A stretch of 64,000 nt of DNA from Vicugna vicugna (lineage: Eukaryota), in contig MU058065.1 of assembly GCA_013265495.1 (NCBI GenBank), positions 622,001 through 686,000 on the forward strand, read 5' to 3'. Below, piece after piece: positions 12,890 through 25,200 of this stretch. Numbering within the stretch: position 1 is the stretch's first letter; each line of letters opens with the position of its first letter. The notes beneath the pieces were generated by a model. That model worked only from the letters and a program-made list of their open reading frames with translations, was not told the origin of the DNA and did no database searches. A program made the translations under genes and the position numbers.

Positions 12890-13060
12890 AAATTAACAGA
12901 TATATGACATAGTTTATATTAATAATGACAAGATGGAGTTAATGTATTCTAGTGCCAGTGATACAGTGAATCACTTAATCTTTTAAGTAATTTTCAACTA
13001 CCAGGCATTTCGCTCTTTCAGCTTGAAAGATATTACCACAAATTACAATCAACATTCATA
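12890..13060 (-). mobile_element. Possible gypsy gag zinc-knuckle remnant
   Basis: CN/CGNIFQAERAKCL at 13047-13002 (one frameshift) resembles CxxCGxxxHxxxxxCP, positioned upstream of the protease as expected. Short motif only. Confidence 0.3.
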
Positions 13061-13899
13061 TAAGGATAATCTCAGTAAGGTAGGTGACTTGTCTGCACAA
13101 AACCTGATTCCCCTTATATTTGAGAATTAGTGTCTCTTTGGATGGAAAGGGGTGAGGTGTACTGGGATAAGCATTCGATACCCTACTGTGACCATACAGG
13201 GTCTGTGTGAGGCTGGTTGGAGGCTGAGTCTGAGAAAAAGTACACGTTGACCAGATCTAGCTGAAGACATACACACAGAAAGGCAACTTTAGCCAGAAAC
13301 TAGATGGTAGCCTAAGAATTAAATACAAATATTGTGGGAAAGAATGTCAATGTTGGGTAAACAAAGGCAAAAGGCTAGACAGCGTTCAGCAGATCTGTTG
13401 GAACAGTGTTTACTGGGTGAAATAAAGGAAACAGGAGCGTTAGCAGGAATGTGGGTCCTCTGTTGCAAGATTGCAACTGGCAGAACCAGCATCAGATGGT
13501 TCCTTCAAAAGAGGGATGACAAGTTTTGGATTATGGAATTTTTAAGCACCACCCTCTCTCCTGATATGATCAGAGGTTGGGTACAAAATCAGTATTACGT
13601 GGCAGAACTTTGGTTCCAGCCTAATTCCACTGGCTCAGCATTCATGGTTTCAGCAGTTGCAGCTCCTACCATGGTGTAGTAAGCATGCTAGGAATAAATC
13701 TTCGGGTATACCTCATGTGATTTAGTAGATAGATAAGCTAATTTACCACCTCAGAACTCTCCCAGGATTGAGTGAATTAAACGCTCAATCCTAAATGCAC
13801 TTTGTGAGTAGCTAATCTACAAGAAATCACTCTTGGATGAGTTACTTCTTGCCTCTCAAACTTTGCCCATCAGGAGCCACGTGATTCCTCTTCTTCCTG

Positions 13900-14235
13900 G
13901 ATGAAAAAATCAGACTTTATTTCCCAGGATCCATGAGGTTGTTCGTGGCCATATTATTGAGTTTTAGCCAATAAAATACGGACAGAGGTGTCATACATAA
14001 TTTCTAGATCTAATTTCTACAAACTCTTTGCCATTCTTTCATCTTTACTTATTTTCTACTGAGAATTCTAAACCCTTAAATGTAAAGGAGGCATACAATT
14101 GAAGAATCCTGGTCTTGGAATATCTGTATGAAGCTAAGTATCTTGCTGATACTCACTGGAGTAGGATTTATTAGAAACTTGAGATTTAAGTAATGGTATA
14201 TTGTGATGGTTAATGTTACATACCTTGATTAATAA
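13900..14235 (+). mobile_element. ERVL-MaLR (MLT1-like) LTR fragment
   Basis: TTTCCCAGG...GTGGCCATATTATTGAGTTTTAGCCAATAAAATACGGACAGAGGTG resembles the MLT1J-group core. Confidence 0.55.
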
Positions 14236-14644
14236 GCAAATAAAGTAAGAATCAAGTAGTCAAAGATAAGTAGAGAGCTAGACAGAACATAAAACACCTG
14301 AAATATCAAGCACACTTTTTGCAGATAAACAGAATTCTATTGGCGAAAAAAAAAAACGGTTCTATATCAATTGCCCATTATTGAACTTTATTCCCTAAAT
14401 TATAAAATTAGGGATATACATCTTGACATTGAAAATCTGCTGCTGCATCTTGATATATTTAATAGAACTGCAGGGTGAAATATCCCTTTTCTTCTCTCTT
14501 TTCTCTCTCCAGTACCTCACTTAATATCGTATCAATTCCAAATCCAGTCAACACTGATGTTTGCAAATGCTGCTGAGTGAGTGCATTCAACTACCATTGC
14601 TGAAACTTCTCTAAGTTGCTGTCACTGCTAAGAGCTGAGACTGC

Positions 14645-15010
14645 AAAACTAGTGAGACTTGTTCTTTGCCTTCAAGCCATTGAGACTCCAGTGTGTGATA
14701 CAGATGTTTAAATAAAGAACTAACTCAAGTGCTTCAATTAAGATATATACAAGGCAAAAATGAGGAACTGATTGGTTTCCTTGAGGAGGTGGCATGGGTT
14801 GAAGTCTGAGAATGCTGCAGACAATATGAAATATTTGCCACAGGTGGGGAAGAATGTGCATGTGGATCTTGGAACAGACTTTTAAAGAGAGGGAATGATA
14901 TGGACAAAGGCACAGGGCAGAGATGTGAAATCAGATGGCATTCTGCAAGGAATGGAAAATGGTTTTGTATGGCTAAGAGATTAACATGCAAATAGTGATA
15001 GAAAGCAGCA
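14645..15010 (-). mobile_element. L2 fragment (antisense), first part
   Basis: CTTTGCCTTCAAG..., GGTTTCCTTGAGGAGGTGGCAT...GAAGTCTGAG, GGACAAAGGCACAGGGCAGAGA. Confidence 0.55.
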
Positions 15011-15099
15011 GGGAGATTTTGATGTATTTTCTTATTTCTAATACGCTTATCTTTTGTCTTATCTCAGCCAAATATTTCTATGGTTATACCTGAAGCTTA

Positions 15100-16293
15100 T
15101 CTCAGGTAACATGCTATTTCTAGACTCTCTACTGTAAGCCATTCACTTTCAGAATACCACCTCCTATTCTTCCAGCCTATTTCCACTCAAGTGTTATGAC
15201 CTCAGCAATTCCTCAACTTCATGAAGACCTTAGGCTCAGTGCTCCCTTTTCTCCTTATCAACAATCTTTTTCATATTTTCACTTCCTTACTTATCCAACT
15301 CAAATTTTATCATCTATTATTAGACTCAGTAGTAGGTCCTTTACTCTATTTATTTATCCCTCTTAGTTAATCTCATTTATTCCTTTTGTTTTGAATAGCA
15401 TCTAAATACTTATGAGTCCGTAATCCAGAGGTACCACTCCAACTTCCCAGAGGCTCTAATTTATATATTCACTTAATATCTCCCAGCTCTAAAAGTTTTG
15501 CTAGATTCTTCTCATTTTCTCCTTACTCCTATCCAGTCATCAATAAGATTTATCTACCCCATCTTAAAAACTTAATTCAAATCCAAACATCTCTCTCCAT
15601 CTCAATGACTACTACCATATTAATCTGTCTAACTCATGTTTTTTGCCACCATTTTGCACTAAAGTTGCCCCAACGATCTTTCCAAAATCTTTCCAAAATA
15701 TAAATTGCCATGTTATTTCCTACTTGAAACGTCTCAGTGCTTTTCTTTTCAATTGAATTATCTTAAAGTCCAATTATCTTTAATTATCTGAAGTCCAAAT
15801 TCCTTAGCTGACTTGTAAAGTCCCACAGTCTTTTCTCTCCTTACCTCTCTGACATCTTAGTCTTCAACCCAGTCCTCACATTCCAATCTTGCTGCCTTTC
15901 TCTCTGTTCCTCAAACATGTCAAATTTGTCTCTGCCTTAGGAAATTCACTATGCTGTTCCCTCCACCAAGAATGCTCTTCCCAAGACTTTTGGACCCCTC
16001 CATTTATTTGAGTGTCAAATTAAAAGTAACCTTCTATTTGATGTCATTCCTGACCTGAACTCCATTACAGAGAAGCCATCTAGTTAACCTCAATTACATT
16101 TTTTTTTTAATTTTACATCAAATCTATCACTTAAATGTGTGACTGTGTGTGTTTGTTTATCTGCTTTCTCCCTGACCTAGAATGGAAATGCCATTAGAAT
16201 TACAAGCTTTCCTGTCTTTCTCTTTCAGCATCCCTGGTGTCCAGAATATTGCCTGGTGATACTCAACAAATATTTGTTGAGTAAATAAATGAA
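15100..16293 (+). mobile_element. L2 (about 1.2 kb, with 3' end)
   Basis: Pyrimidine-rich L2 body (TCTCTGCCTTAGG...GCTGTTCCCTCCACCAAGAATGCTCTTCCC) ending ACTCAACAAATATTTGTTGAGTAAATAAATGAA. Confidence 0.8.
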
Positions 16294-16329
16294 ACTGAGT
16301 CAGTGAACTTTGTTCCTACTCAACTGACA

Positions 16330-16760
16330 GTGGAGATCTAACACTGGGCTGAGGAATGTGGACTGTATCCTGTAGATGGTAGGAGTTCAAAAGAGTTGTA
16401 ATCCAGAGAGTGACATGATAAGAGTTGCATTTTAAAAATTTGCTCTGGGAGCTGAATGGAAGATAGATTGCAGAAAACAAAGCTGGAGGCATGGTAACTA
16501 GTTAGGAGATGATAAGAATAGCCTGGACAGAAGACTGAACAATGACAGTATCAGTAAGAAGAGAAAGAAGTGGAAAGTAGTGAGAGTGACTAAGGAAGGA
16601 GAAATGATAGGACTAAAGGATTCATAGTACGTTCAATGGTGAGAAAACGAGGTAAAATGAGACCTAGGTTTTTGCTTGGATAATTACGGATATAAGACTG
16701 CTGGATGATAAGCAGCTTTGAGAAAAGAAAATAGTAAGTTCAGCTTGTATCTAAAGAGTG
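16330..16760 (-). mobile_element. L2 fragment (antisense), second part
   Basis: GGACTGTATCCTGTAGATGGTAGGAG...GAGAGTGACATGATAAGAGTTGCATTTTAAAAA...TGGAAGATAGATTG. Confidence 0.7.
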
Positions 16761-16924
16761 TTTCATAAGTAGATCAGCAGAACATAGGACAGGGTTCCAA
16801 TGCGAGTCTTTCACTATGGACTGGTGGAAGTGTGCCTGATCAGACACTGAGCATCACTGAATCTCTTCGGTGTTATTTTTGAATTTGTCTTTTCAAATAA
16901 TTATTTGACAAAAACTGTTAAGTA

Positions 16925-17180
16925 TGCTAATGTTTATCAAGGACTTCTTGCCAGGTATAATAGCCAATATTTTATATAGATAATCCTATTTAATTCTAAC
17001 ATCACTTAACCAGTAAGTACCAGTATTGTTCTTATATTATAAATGATGAAACCAAGGTGCAAAAAGGTGCACTCAGGTGCTTGTGGGCAATTTGCCCACA
17101 AGCCTAGCTGATAAGTCACAGTTAGGTTTTGCCAAGGCACCTGATAAATGCACCTGTGATCTTAACCACTATACCTCACT
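16925..17180 (-). mobile_element. MIR SINE
   Basis: TTATAAATGATGAAACCAAGGTGCAAAAAGGT antisense core, ending CTTAACCACTATAC. Confidence 0.6.
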
Positions 17181-17591
17181 TTCTCATACAATTTTACACA
17201 TTTCCCGGTGCATTTTTTTTATACAAGCAGCATGTTATCCAAAGCAGTTTTAAAATGTGGTACCAAAGAAAGTCTTTTGAAAGTAATAACTTCTCAAGAA
17301 AATAAATTAGAAATAAGTTAGGAAGAAAAATAAAATACGCTGTTCCTACATTTTCAATTTTAGCCCACCAGACAATAAAAAAATAACTGAGCAGCTCATT
17401 TTGCCCAAACAAGGTAAGCTTCTGAAACTCTCCTGTGTTGCGGCTGGCAAAATTTGTTTGTGCTTTTATCATCAATATTAGGGTGCCAGAATTTTTCAAG
17501 CAGATAATTTTATGCACCAAGACTGATCTCTGAGTGTTCCGATTAGTTCTTTTTCCACAACTGAATTCTACCTATTTTTTTTTGCTAGCCA

Positions 17592-17805
17592 TTTTATTTT
17601 TTTAACATTTTTTATTGATTTATAATCATTTTATAGTGTTGTGTCAAGTTCCAGTGTTCAGCACAATTTTTCAGTCATTCATGGACATATACACACTCAT
17701 TGTCACATTTTTTTCTCTGTGCTTTATCATAACATTTTGTGTATATTTCCCTGTGCTATACAGTGTAATCTTGTTTATCTATTCTACAATTTTGAAATCC
17801 CAGTC
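17592..17805 (-). mobile_element. Younger 5'-truncated L1 3' end (camelid-type)
   Basis: TTTTTTAACATTTTTTATTGATTTATAATCATTTTA...CCCTGTGCTATACAGTGTAATCTTGTTTATCTATTCTAC. Confidence 0.85.
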
Positions 17806-18244
17806 CTATTTATACAAAAAACTAGAGCTTATTTGAAATATTATTTTTTTTAACACTCTGAGTTCAATTTCCAAACTTCCATTCTCACGTTACCCCAGAT
17901 AACACTGTTTCATATTTTGGGATAATCATTTTATAGTCGGAGTTTATTAATAGACCATGCCTCTTAGTATTTACTGAGTATCTTTTTAAATATTTATCAC
18001 TGAGATGCGGTGAAAACAGTAAGATAATTAGACAAGAGCAGGGTAATCGCACTAATGCACATTCACAATTCTACATTGCAACATCCTGTGTTTTATAAAA
18101 TTTCACTCTTCATTTGATCTAACCTTGGTAAATTCTTTGCAGGAAAAAAAAACAGGAGGAATTGAAAATATTCTTGGAAAGTGTGGATTTTTGTCTTCAA
18201 TCTCCCCAGTTGGTACTTCACTACCTAGTTTGCTCTAACTATTC

Positions 18245-18300
<56 letters not shown>
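18245..18300. repeat. (ATCT)14 perfect tetranucleotide microsatellite
   Basis: 56 bp uninterrupted ATCT repeat read directly. Confidence 0.97.
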
Positions 18301-18301
<1 letters not shown>

Positions 18302-18967
18302 ATGCTTCCAAATACGTACTATACGTGGGACAGGCAGAGAAAGCAGGAACTATAGAAGTGGAGTGTGATTCCACCTGTATCCATCTATCCAGAAGCAAAA
18401 CCCATACGGAATCATTAGTATTTCCACCGCGTGATAGAATTGACTAGCTAAAAAGTGTTTTATGAGAGAATTGAGTGATTGACTCTGGCTTCCCACAGTC
18501 GCTGCTACAGCCAGCTACAGCTCACAGGCCGCATTGTAGTTCCAGAAAAGGAGCTGCTGCTGAAGGCTCACACCTCTGAATACATAGTCATAACTATCAT
18601 CTCACATCTTAGAGTCAATATCAAGAGAACACTAGACATCCTTGTTCCTGGAATTTCAAAGCCAGAGACGAACTGGCTACTAGAATTTCTAGGCCTGATT
18701 AATTTCCACCTCTTTTAGAGACCCTCCCCTTATTCCCTAGGGCAGACATTGTTAAGTAGCTCTCAAAGATTGTAGCTTTTTTTTTTCCTGGGGATTCAGA
18801 AGGAAAACATTTTGCATCCTTACTCCCTTAGAGCAATTTAATTCCAGTCAATAGGATGCTCAAGAAACGTATGATTTTATATCACAAAGTATTAAGTAAA
18901 TGCTATATCTTAGCCAATTTTTTTTAAAAAATATAGTTGGTCAAATCTGTGAATAAAGGTACTTTTC

Positions 18968-19199
18968 AAGATTTGCAGGTACTAACTACTATATATAAAA
19001 TAGATGTACAACAAGTTTCTTCTGTATAGCACAGGGAACTATATTCTCTATATTTTGCAGTAACCTATATAAAAAAACATGAAAAAGAAGATATGTATGT
19101 ATATGTATGACTGAAACATTATGCTGTACTCCAGAAATTGACTCAACATTGTAAACTGATTATACTTCAATTAAAAAAAAAACTAAAATTAAAAAAAAG
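18968..19199 (+). mobile_element. 5'-truncated L1 3' end with poly(A)
   Basis: CTGTATAGCACAGGGAACTATATTC...CATTGTAAACTGATTATACTTCAATTAAAAAAAA. Confidence 0.88.
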
Positions 19200-19989
19200 T
19201 TATGTTTGTTATATCTTATTTAATATTCTTTTTCTAGTCAAATAATATTTCAAACTCAAATATACAGATTAGATTCTGAAAGCTTTTTTTTTAAATAAAT
19301 GTCCATGTCTGGGATGACACCGCAGGATCCCTCATCAGCTTAGGAAACTCATAGACCTACAGTGTTGACTTGGGAAAGGAGACTCAGAGCATGGATGTCA
19401 CTTAAGGCTAAAGGCAATGAAATACTTTGTGTTGTTGTTTTACTCTAACAAATGGAACTCTAGAGAAAAAGGCCATGATGACTGAAGAGTCCCCAGAGAG
19501 CAGATGGAAGCTGAATTTTACTTATAAGTCAATCAGTGGGTCTGGATTGATCCCAGATACCATTAGTGCTTCTTCCGGGATCCAGCCCGAGCAAGGGCAG
19601 TGATGTGGCTCCCATTTTTCTTCTAGAACCCTCTGTGCAGCGTTTCATTCACCCGGTGTTGAGTAGCAGAAGGAAGTGAGATCATCGAGGCCTGTTGGCG
19701 ATGGCAGATGGGAAAATGCAGAGAATAGATGACAGCAATTATTTTCAGTGGGCTGGTCCCATGTTTGGGGATGCGTAAGGGGCAGGCCCAAGAGAAACAG
19801 AGCTGAATGCTACCTTCAGGCTCCTCTTAGGTTTTTGTCCTCTTTTCTCATGTAACATCTTAAAGCCTTCTTCGTGAACATTATGAGTTGGCAATAGAAA
19901 GCATCACGTATAATTTAACTGAAAGTTCTAAACATAGTAAGAATCTGTTAACGCCAATATTTACTTATTCTGGTCTTTCATTCTTTTTT

Positions 19990-20465
19990 TCCTTTTTCTG
20001 ACAAGGAAAACCCAGCTTTCCTTTGGGGACCCATCAGTCTTGTTTCTCAGCGTTTAGTTGTTGGCTGGGGTGTAAATGCTGACCAGGGTAGGGCATGGAG
20101 CCCGGGCTTGGCCAATCCAAGCTCCAAATACCTCTTAGTCACATCAGTATTTCACATTTCCCAAGTCGTTCCAATCATGATGAATCAGTGCTTTTGTGCT
20201 ATAGACACGAGGAATAGGTGTTCTCCTATTCTGACGGAATTGAATTGGAGAGACTGTATGTGGAGACCCACTGCTAGCTTCTTCCCTTCGCCCAGAGCCT
20301 GGGGTAAAGGCAGCACTTGGCAGAGAGCAGAGACAAGCTAAACCAAAAGAGAGGGAGAAACCTCATCTCAATTAGTATCATTTTAACTCCTAGATTTTTC
20401 AATTATATGCGCCCATAAATTATCTTTTTTTTTTAAGTTTGAGTTTATTTTCTTGAATTTGTTTG
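19990..20465 (+). mobile_element. ERVL LTR (LTR33-like)
   Basis: CCCAGCTTTCCTTTGGGGAC...TTGGCCAATC and terminal TTTTCAATTATATGCGCCCATAAATT...TTAAGTTTGAGTT. Confidence 0.55.
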
Positions 20466-20489
20466 AATGCTAAATAAGTAGTTTGCGTC

Positions 20490-22600
20490 TCTCGTTTTGG
20501 AAAAGAAATAATAGAGAAATGTGGTATAGCTCTTCTTGAAATTCCAACAGCATGCATTTGGGAAATTTATCAGGAACTTTTTTATTATGGCTTTTTGAAG
20601 GAAGAAATTAAGTGAAATAAATAATGAAACTTCCCTGGAGTGCAAGTTTAGGAATGTAGTTTTGGTATCATCAGATCAGATTTTGGTGCGTATTCTGACC
20701 ACAATACGTATTCGTCGGGATATCAGTGCGTGCAGTTAACGGTGCTATGGTTAGGGGTTTGCTTTGCCATACTCAAGGGTAAATTTCAGAGTTTTGCCTG
20801 TCTGTTTTGAAAATAAATATTTCGAGTTTTGATCTATGATAATCATACTTAATCACAGCTAAATGTTCTGGCATCAGTGGAATTATTCCAGAAAGCAGAC
20901 GTCATCTTAAACTTCTCTTGCAAAGGACCAGACAGCAAGCATGTTAGGCTTTGAGAGCTGCATGGTTTCTGTTGCAACTACTACACTGTGCCACTGCGGT
21001 GCTGAATGCGGCCATAGACAGTACGTAAGTGACAGTATGTTAATAAAGGAGCAGAAACAATATGTGAACACAGACGGTGTCTAAATGAATGAGCATGGCT
21101 GTGTTCCAAAAAACTTTATTTCTGAACACTGTGAGTTTATTCCCCACATTTCATTCAATACTATCACTCTTTTAATTTTTTTTTTCTGCATTAAAAAATG
21201 TAGACAATATCCTTAGCTCACACACAAAAACAGGTGGCACATCTATTTGGCCCACCAGCTGTAGATGGCCCCCCTCCTCGCCCCCATGACTTTAAAGGCA
21301 TATCCAGTCTATAGATGGTTCTCAGCCTTTCAGTAAACCAAAAAGTCATGGCCATTTTCCTATATCTGATTTATACTTTTTGGTTAGTTGGTGACTCATT
21401 TGAAAATGGTCCATTTATAGTATTAGAACTTAGTCTTAGCTTTCCATTCTACATTTTTGCTGACTCAGAGAAAAATTGGCTTATTTTGTTTATTTGTTTG
21501 TTTTTAACTTCACCACAAGGTAATAAGAGAGAAGAGTAAATTGCTGCGCTTCATAAATTGGAAGAAATGTTAGGTGTTATTAGACATATGATATTAAAAT
21601 CAACCCAAATGATGGATACCAAGAATTCTCAGTTGTTTTCCAAGGCTTTAGAACCATGACTCAGAAGAGAACTAACCCCAGAATTGAAAGATGTGTTGAA
21701 AAATGTGCAAAAATAGGGGAAATGTCAAGAAGATATTAATTATTAGTGTTGGTTGCTAAGCATCCGAGAAAGGCACAAAACCGCAGAAATGTTTCGTGGG
21801 AGTTCAAAAATGGAACGTTTCTTTTGGTTTGGGAATATTTTATGGGTGACAGCTACTTTTATTACGACATCCCCAGAATACAGTTTCGAATGTTTTGAAA
21901 AGCATAATCTGCCTTAAATAGGATCGTTGAGAATAATTTTACCAACAGAATTTCCCCAGTGATCTTTCCTGTCTCCTGCTTTTCAGGGACAGAGAGGGAG
22001 CTGTGAGGCAAACTTTAACCTCTAAAGCAAAAACCACAGTGGTAAACAAGGGTAGAGTTCAAATTTCAAAAGGTTTACTGGTTAAAAAAGACGAAGAAAA
22101 CGAAACAAATTGCTTTTGAAACTGACAAACAGAAATATCTCCCGCCTGTGTTAAATTTACCTTTGGATTTAAAAACAGAAAATGCCAGGCAAAGCACAAC
22201 TGAACATCCAATCAAAGAAGTTATTGTTTCACAAGCTGGGAAGCCTACATTCTTGACATTCCTTTCTAAAACACACAAGACCCTTGAGACATCTTTCTGC
22301 TGCCTCCCACCTTTTATGTATTTCAAATAAAACCTGGACTCTCTTTAAAGCACGCCCCCAGAATATTTACATATAAACAAATAATATTTCTATGTGTTCT
22401 GTATATACAGAAATGATTGGGAATAGGTTTTTATTTGTATTTATATTCGAAATGATAAGAAATGGACCTCCAGATTTTCTGAGACCAGAAATTGCCCACC
22501 ATTTCAAAGAAAGAGATCAAGAAAAATATGATTTATTGTTTACTTAAGGAAAAGATTGAAAAAAAAATCTGTCGGTATTGAAAGGCAAGCACACAATAAA
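20490..22600 (+). mobile_element. Degraded hAT Charlie/Buster-type transposase, interrupted by MER58
   Basis: IPTACIWEIYQELF 20541; KKLSEINNET 20602; IQSIDGS ~21302; MAIFLYLIYTF..E (ORF 21315); AA..IGRNV/GVIRH ~21543-21590; LTPELKDVLKNVQK 21672-21713; LLLLRH ~21853; FQKVYW ~22064; IKEVIVSQ..PPF (ORF 22148); RQAH ~22582. Order matches the recalled ZBED5/Buster layout. Confidence 0.6.
20900..21275 (+). mobile_element. MER58 (MER58B-like hAT-Charlie MITE)
   Basis: GCAAAGGACCAGACAGCAAGCATGTTAGGCTTTG...GAATGAGCATGGCTGTGTTCCAAAAAACTTTATTT...TTTGGCCCACCAGCTGTAG. Confidence 0.85.
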
Positions 22601-23617
22601 GAAAAAAATCCTTATGTGTTACATTTTTAAGTGAAAAAGTAAAAAATTATTGCTTTGCAGAATGACACATATACAAGGTAACCGTGGAATATTTTAAAAT
22701 TCAATTTAATTGGTAGCTAATATATGTATAGCTCAGAGATATACAACTTCCTGGTAGCCGTCAGTTCATTGACAAACACAGATATAAAAGTACAAAATTA
22801 TGTAAAAATAGAATATGGTAATAAGTCAAATAAATGATATTGCAAAGGGCAATAGGAATTTGGAGGAGAGAATCAATGTGGGCTGAGTAATAAAATAAAA
22901 TATTACTGAAGCAATGGATTTGAGCCAGACCAGCTGGGTGGGTGGGGTTTTCCGTGCACCAGAAAGAAGTGAAAAGACTTTCTGGGCAAAAACAAACCTG
23001 GAAGGCAGGACCTGACTGAGATTCTGTGACAAAAGCAAAGTAGCTGGAGTAGAAGTTTTGTGCATCTGAGGAAAGAGAGAAAGCTCATTGTAAACTTTAT
23101 TCTGAAGGTAGCGACTCATGGGCTGTAAGCGTAACTCTACTTTATTTTGCATTCTAGTGTCTCTTTAAAATTCAGTAGAGAAATTTCTCTCCCTGCCTGA
23201 GCTGAATGACAAAGCTAATAAGTTCTCTGGATCCTTAAGTCACCAAACAGAATCTTGACTCAGAAATTAGAATGTCCAGATGCATTTAATATACAAGACT
23301 CCAAACTTGACTGAAAGTTAAATTTTCTTCCCTTTTCCTGTTGGGAATTGCAGACAGGAAGGAAGCCAAGGGAAGAGGTGTGGTCTTCACTGCCTCCATC
23401 TTCCCTTCCCTACCTTACTAAGAGTGGTTTCTGATTTCAACTCCTGCTCTAGCATTAGGGGTAGGGTGGGAGCTGTGGGGAACAGAACACTCGCATTAGT
23501 GGTAGGATGACTCAGGTTCTCTGGGCCTGGCAGGTGTTTCAAGCTCCCTCTTACCTTCTCAGTATCTACCTGGGTTATTTGGAAATTCCCACAATAAACT
23601 TGTGACCAACAAGTGTC

Positions 23618-24522
23618 CCCATCCTTTTTACGGCTAAATAATATTCCATTATATATATACACACACATATATACATTATATATATATACACACATATATA
23701 CATTATACACACACACACACATACACACACACATACAGTCATCTGTCAATGGACATTTAGGTTGCTTCCATGTCTATTATTGTAAGTAGTGCTGCTATGA
23801 ACACTGGGGTGCATGTATCTTTTCACATTTAAGTTTTCTCATAATATATGCCCAGGAGTGGGACTGCTGGATCATATGACAACTTTATTTTTAGTTTTTT
23901 AAAGAATCTTCATACTCTTTTTCATAGTGGCTGCACCAAATTACATTCCCACCAACAGTGTAAGAGGCTTCCCTTTTCTCCACACCCTCTCCAGCATTTG
24001 TTTTTTGTGGACTTCTGAATGATGACAATTCTGACTGGTGTGGGATGGCACCTCATTGCGGTTTTGATTTGCATTTCTCTGATAACTAGTGACACTGAGC
24101 ACCTTTTCATGTGCCTGTTGACCATCTGTATGTCTTCTTTGGAGAAATGTCTACAAAGATCTCCTGCCCATTTTTGATTGGATTGTTTGTTTTTTCGTTA
24201 AGTTGTACAAGCTGTTTGTATTTTCTGGAAATTAAGCCCTTGTCAGTTGCATCATTTGCAAATATTTTTTTCCTAGTCCGTAGGTTGTCTTTTCATTTTG
24301 TTTATGGTTTCCTTTGCTGTGCAAAAGCTTATAAGTTCGATTAGCTCCCATTTGTTTATTTTTGCTTTTCTTTCCATTGCCTTGGGAGACTGACCTAGGA
24401 GAACATTGCTACAATTTATATCAGAGAACGTTTTGTCTATGTTCTCTTCTAGGAGATTTATGGTCTTCTGTTTAAGTCTTTAAGCCATTTTGAGTTTATT
24501 TTTGTGCGTGGTATGAGGGATT
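23618..24522 (-). mobile_element. L1 ORF2 C-terminus / 3' UTR fragment with internal (TA/CA)n tract
   Basis: ORF 23922-24125 ([29 protein letters not shown]...[16 protein letters not shown]) is the L1 ORF2 C-terminus; compound microsatellite ~23648-23736. Confidence 0.93.
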
Positions 24523-24711
24523 CGACTTTATTTTAAATGTCATTGTTTTTAGATGCCATTGTTGCATCTAGACCTTTAAAAGTGGGAAAAAGAATTCTTG
24601 GAAATTGCCATGAGTTTATTATATGATCTGAACAGCTCTATGCCTGTGTACTGAGATCACATACACACAAACCCTGGAGGAACACCGAGAGTGGTTTTGC
24701 CTAATGGATTC

Positions 24712-24829
24712 AAACTGATACAGGACAAAAGTTCCTATTTTTTTTTTTTGTGCCATGGACTCTGCAGTATAAACTATACAGGACAAAAGTTCCTATTTTT
24801 TTTTTTTTGTGCCATGGACTCTGCAGTAT
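24712..24829. repeat. Near-perfect 59-bp tandem duplication
   Basis: AAACT(G)ATACAGGACAAAAGTTCCTA(T)12-13GTGCCATGGACTCTGCAGTAT at 24712-24770 and 24771-24829. Confidence 0.95.
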
Positions 24830-25200
24830 GGTGAAGCCTATAGACTCAGAAAAAATGTTTTTAAATGCACAAAATAAAATACAAATGATTGCAAAGGAGA
24901 TCAGTTTTATGGAAATACAGTTATCAAGTTATTAAAAAGTGATACAATAACGTGTCCATTTCTTTATTACATAACAAGAGCTAGCAGCAGGTCCAAGAAT
25001 ATTATATTTTGAAATAGTGGTGGGAGTAAATGGTATTTCAAAATATCGCTACAGTTGAAATGTGATATGTGATATTTGTGATTTCTGTTGGTGGCACAGT
25101 CAGAGGTATTGCAAATACTGATGTGTTTTGTTTCATAAATTCCCAGTTAAGTAAAGTGCTAAATTTCAGTAAGAGAAGAGGGAAAATAATGGTTTCTGAA
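24790..25200 (+). mobile_element. hAT-Charlie family non-autonomous element (subfamily not assigned)
   Basis: TTTTGTGCCATGGAC...GGTGAAGCCTATAGACTCAGAAAAAATGTTTTTAAATGCACAAAATAAAATACA...GAAATACAGTTATCAA matches a recalled Charlie-derived MER. Confidence 0.6.

Noticed and set aside
17571..17811. Micro 3' transduction (GCTAGCCA) in a young L1
   Set aside because: The supporting TSD (CCTATTT) is only 7 bp in T-rich DNA, too weak to call.
21250..21275. CTCF-like CCACCAG...GGCCCCC
   Set aside because: It is the terminus of MER58 and matches the core poorly.
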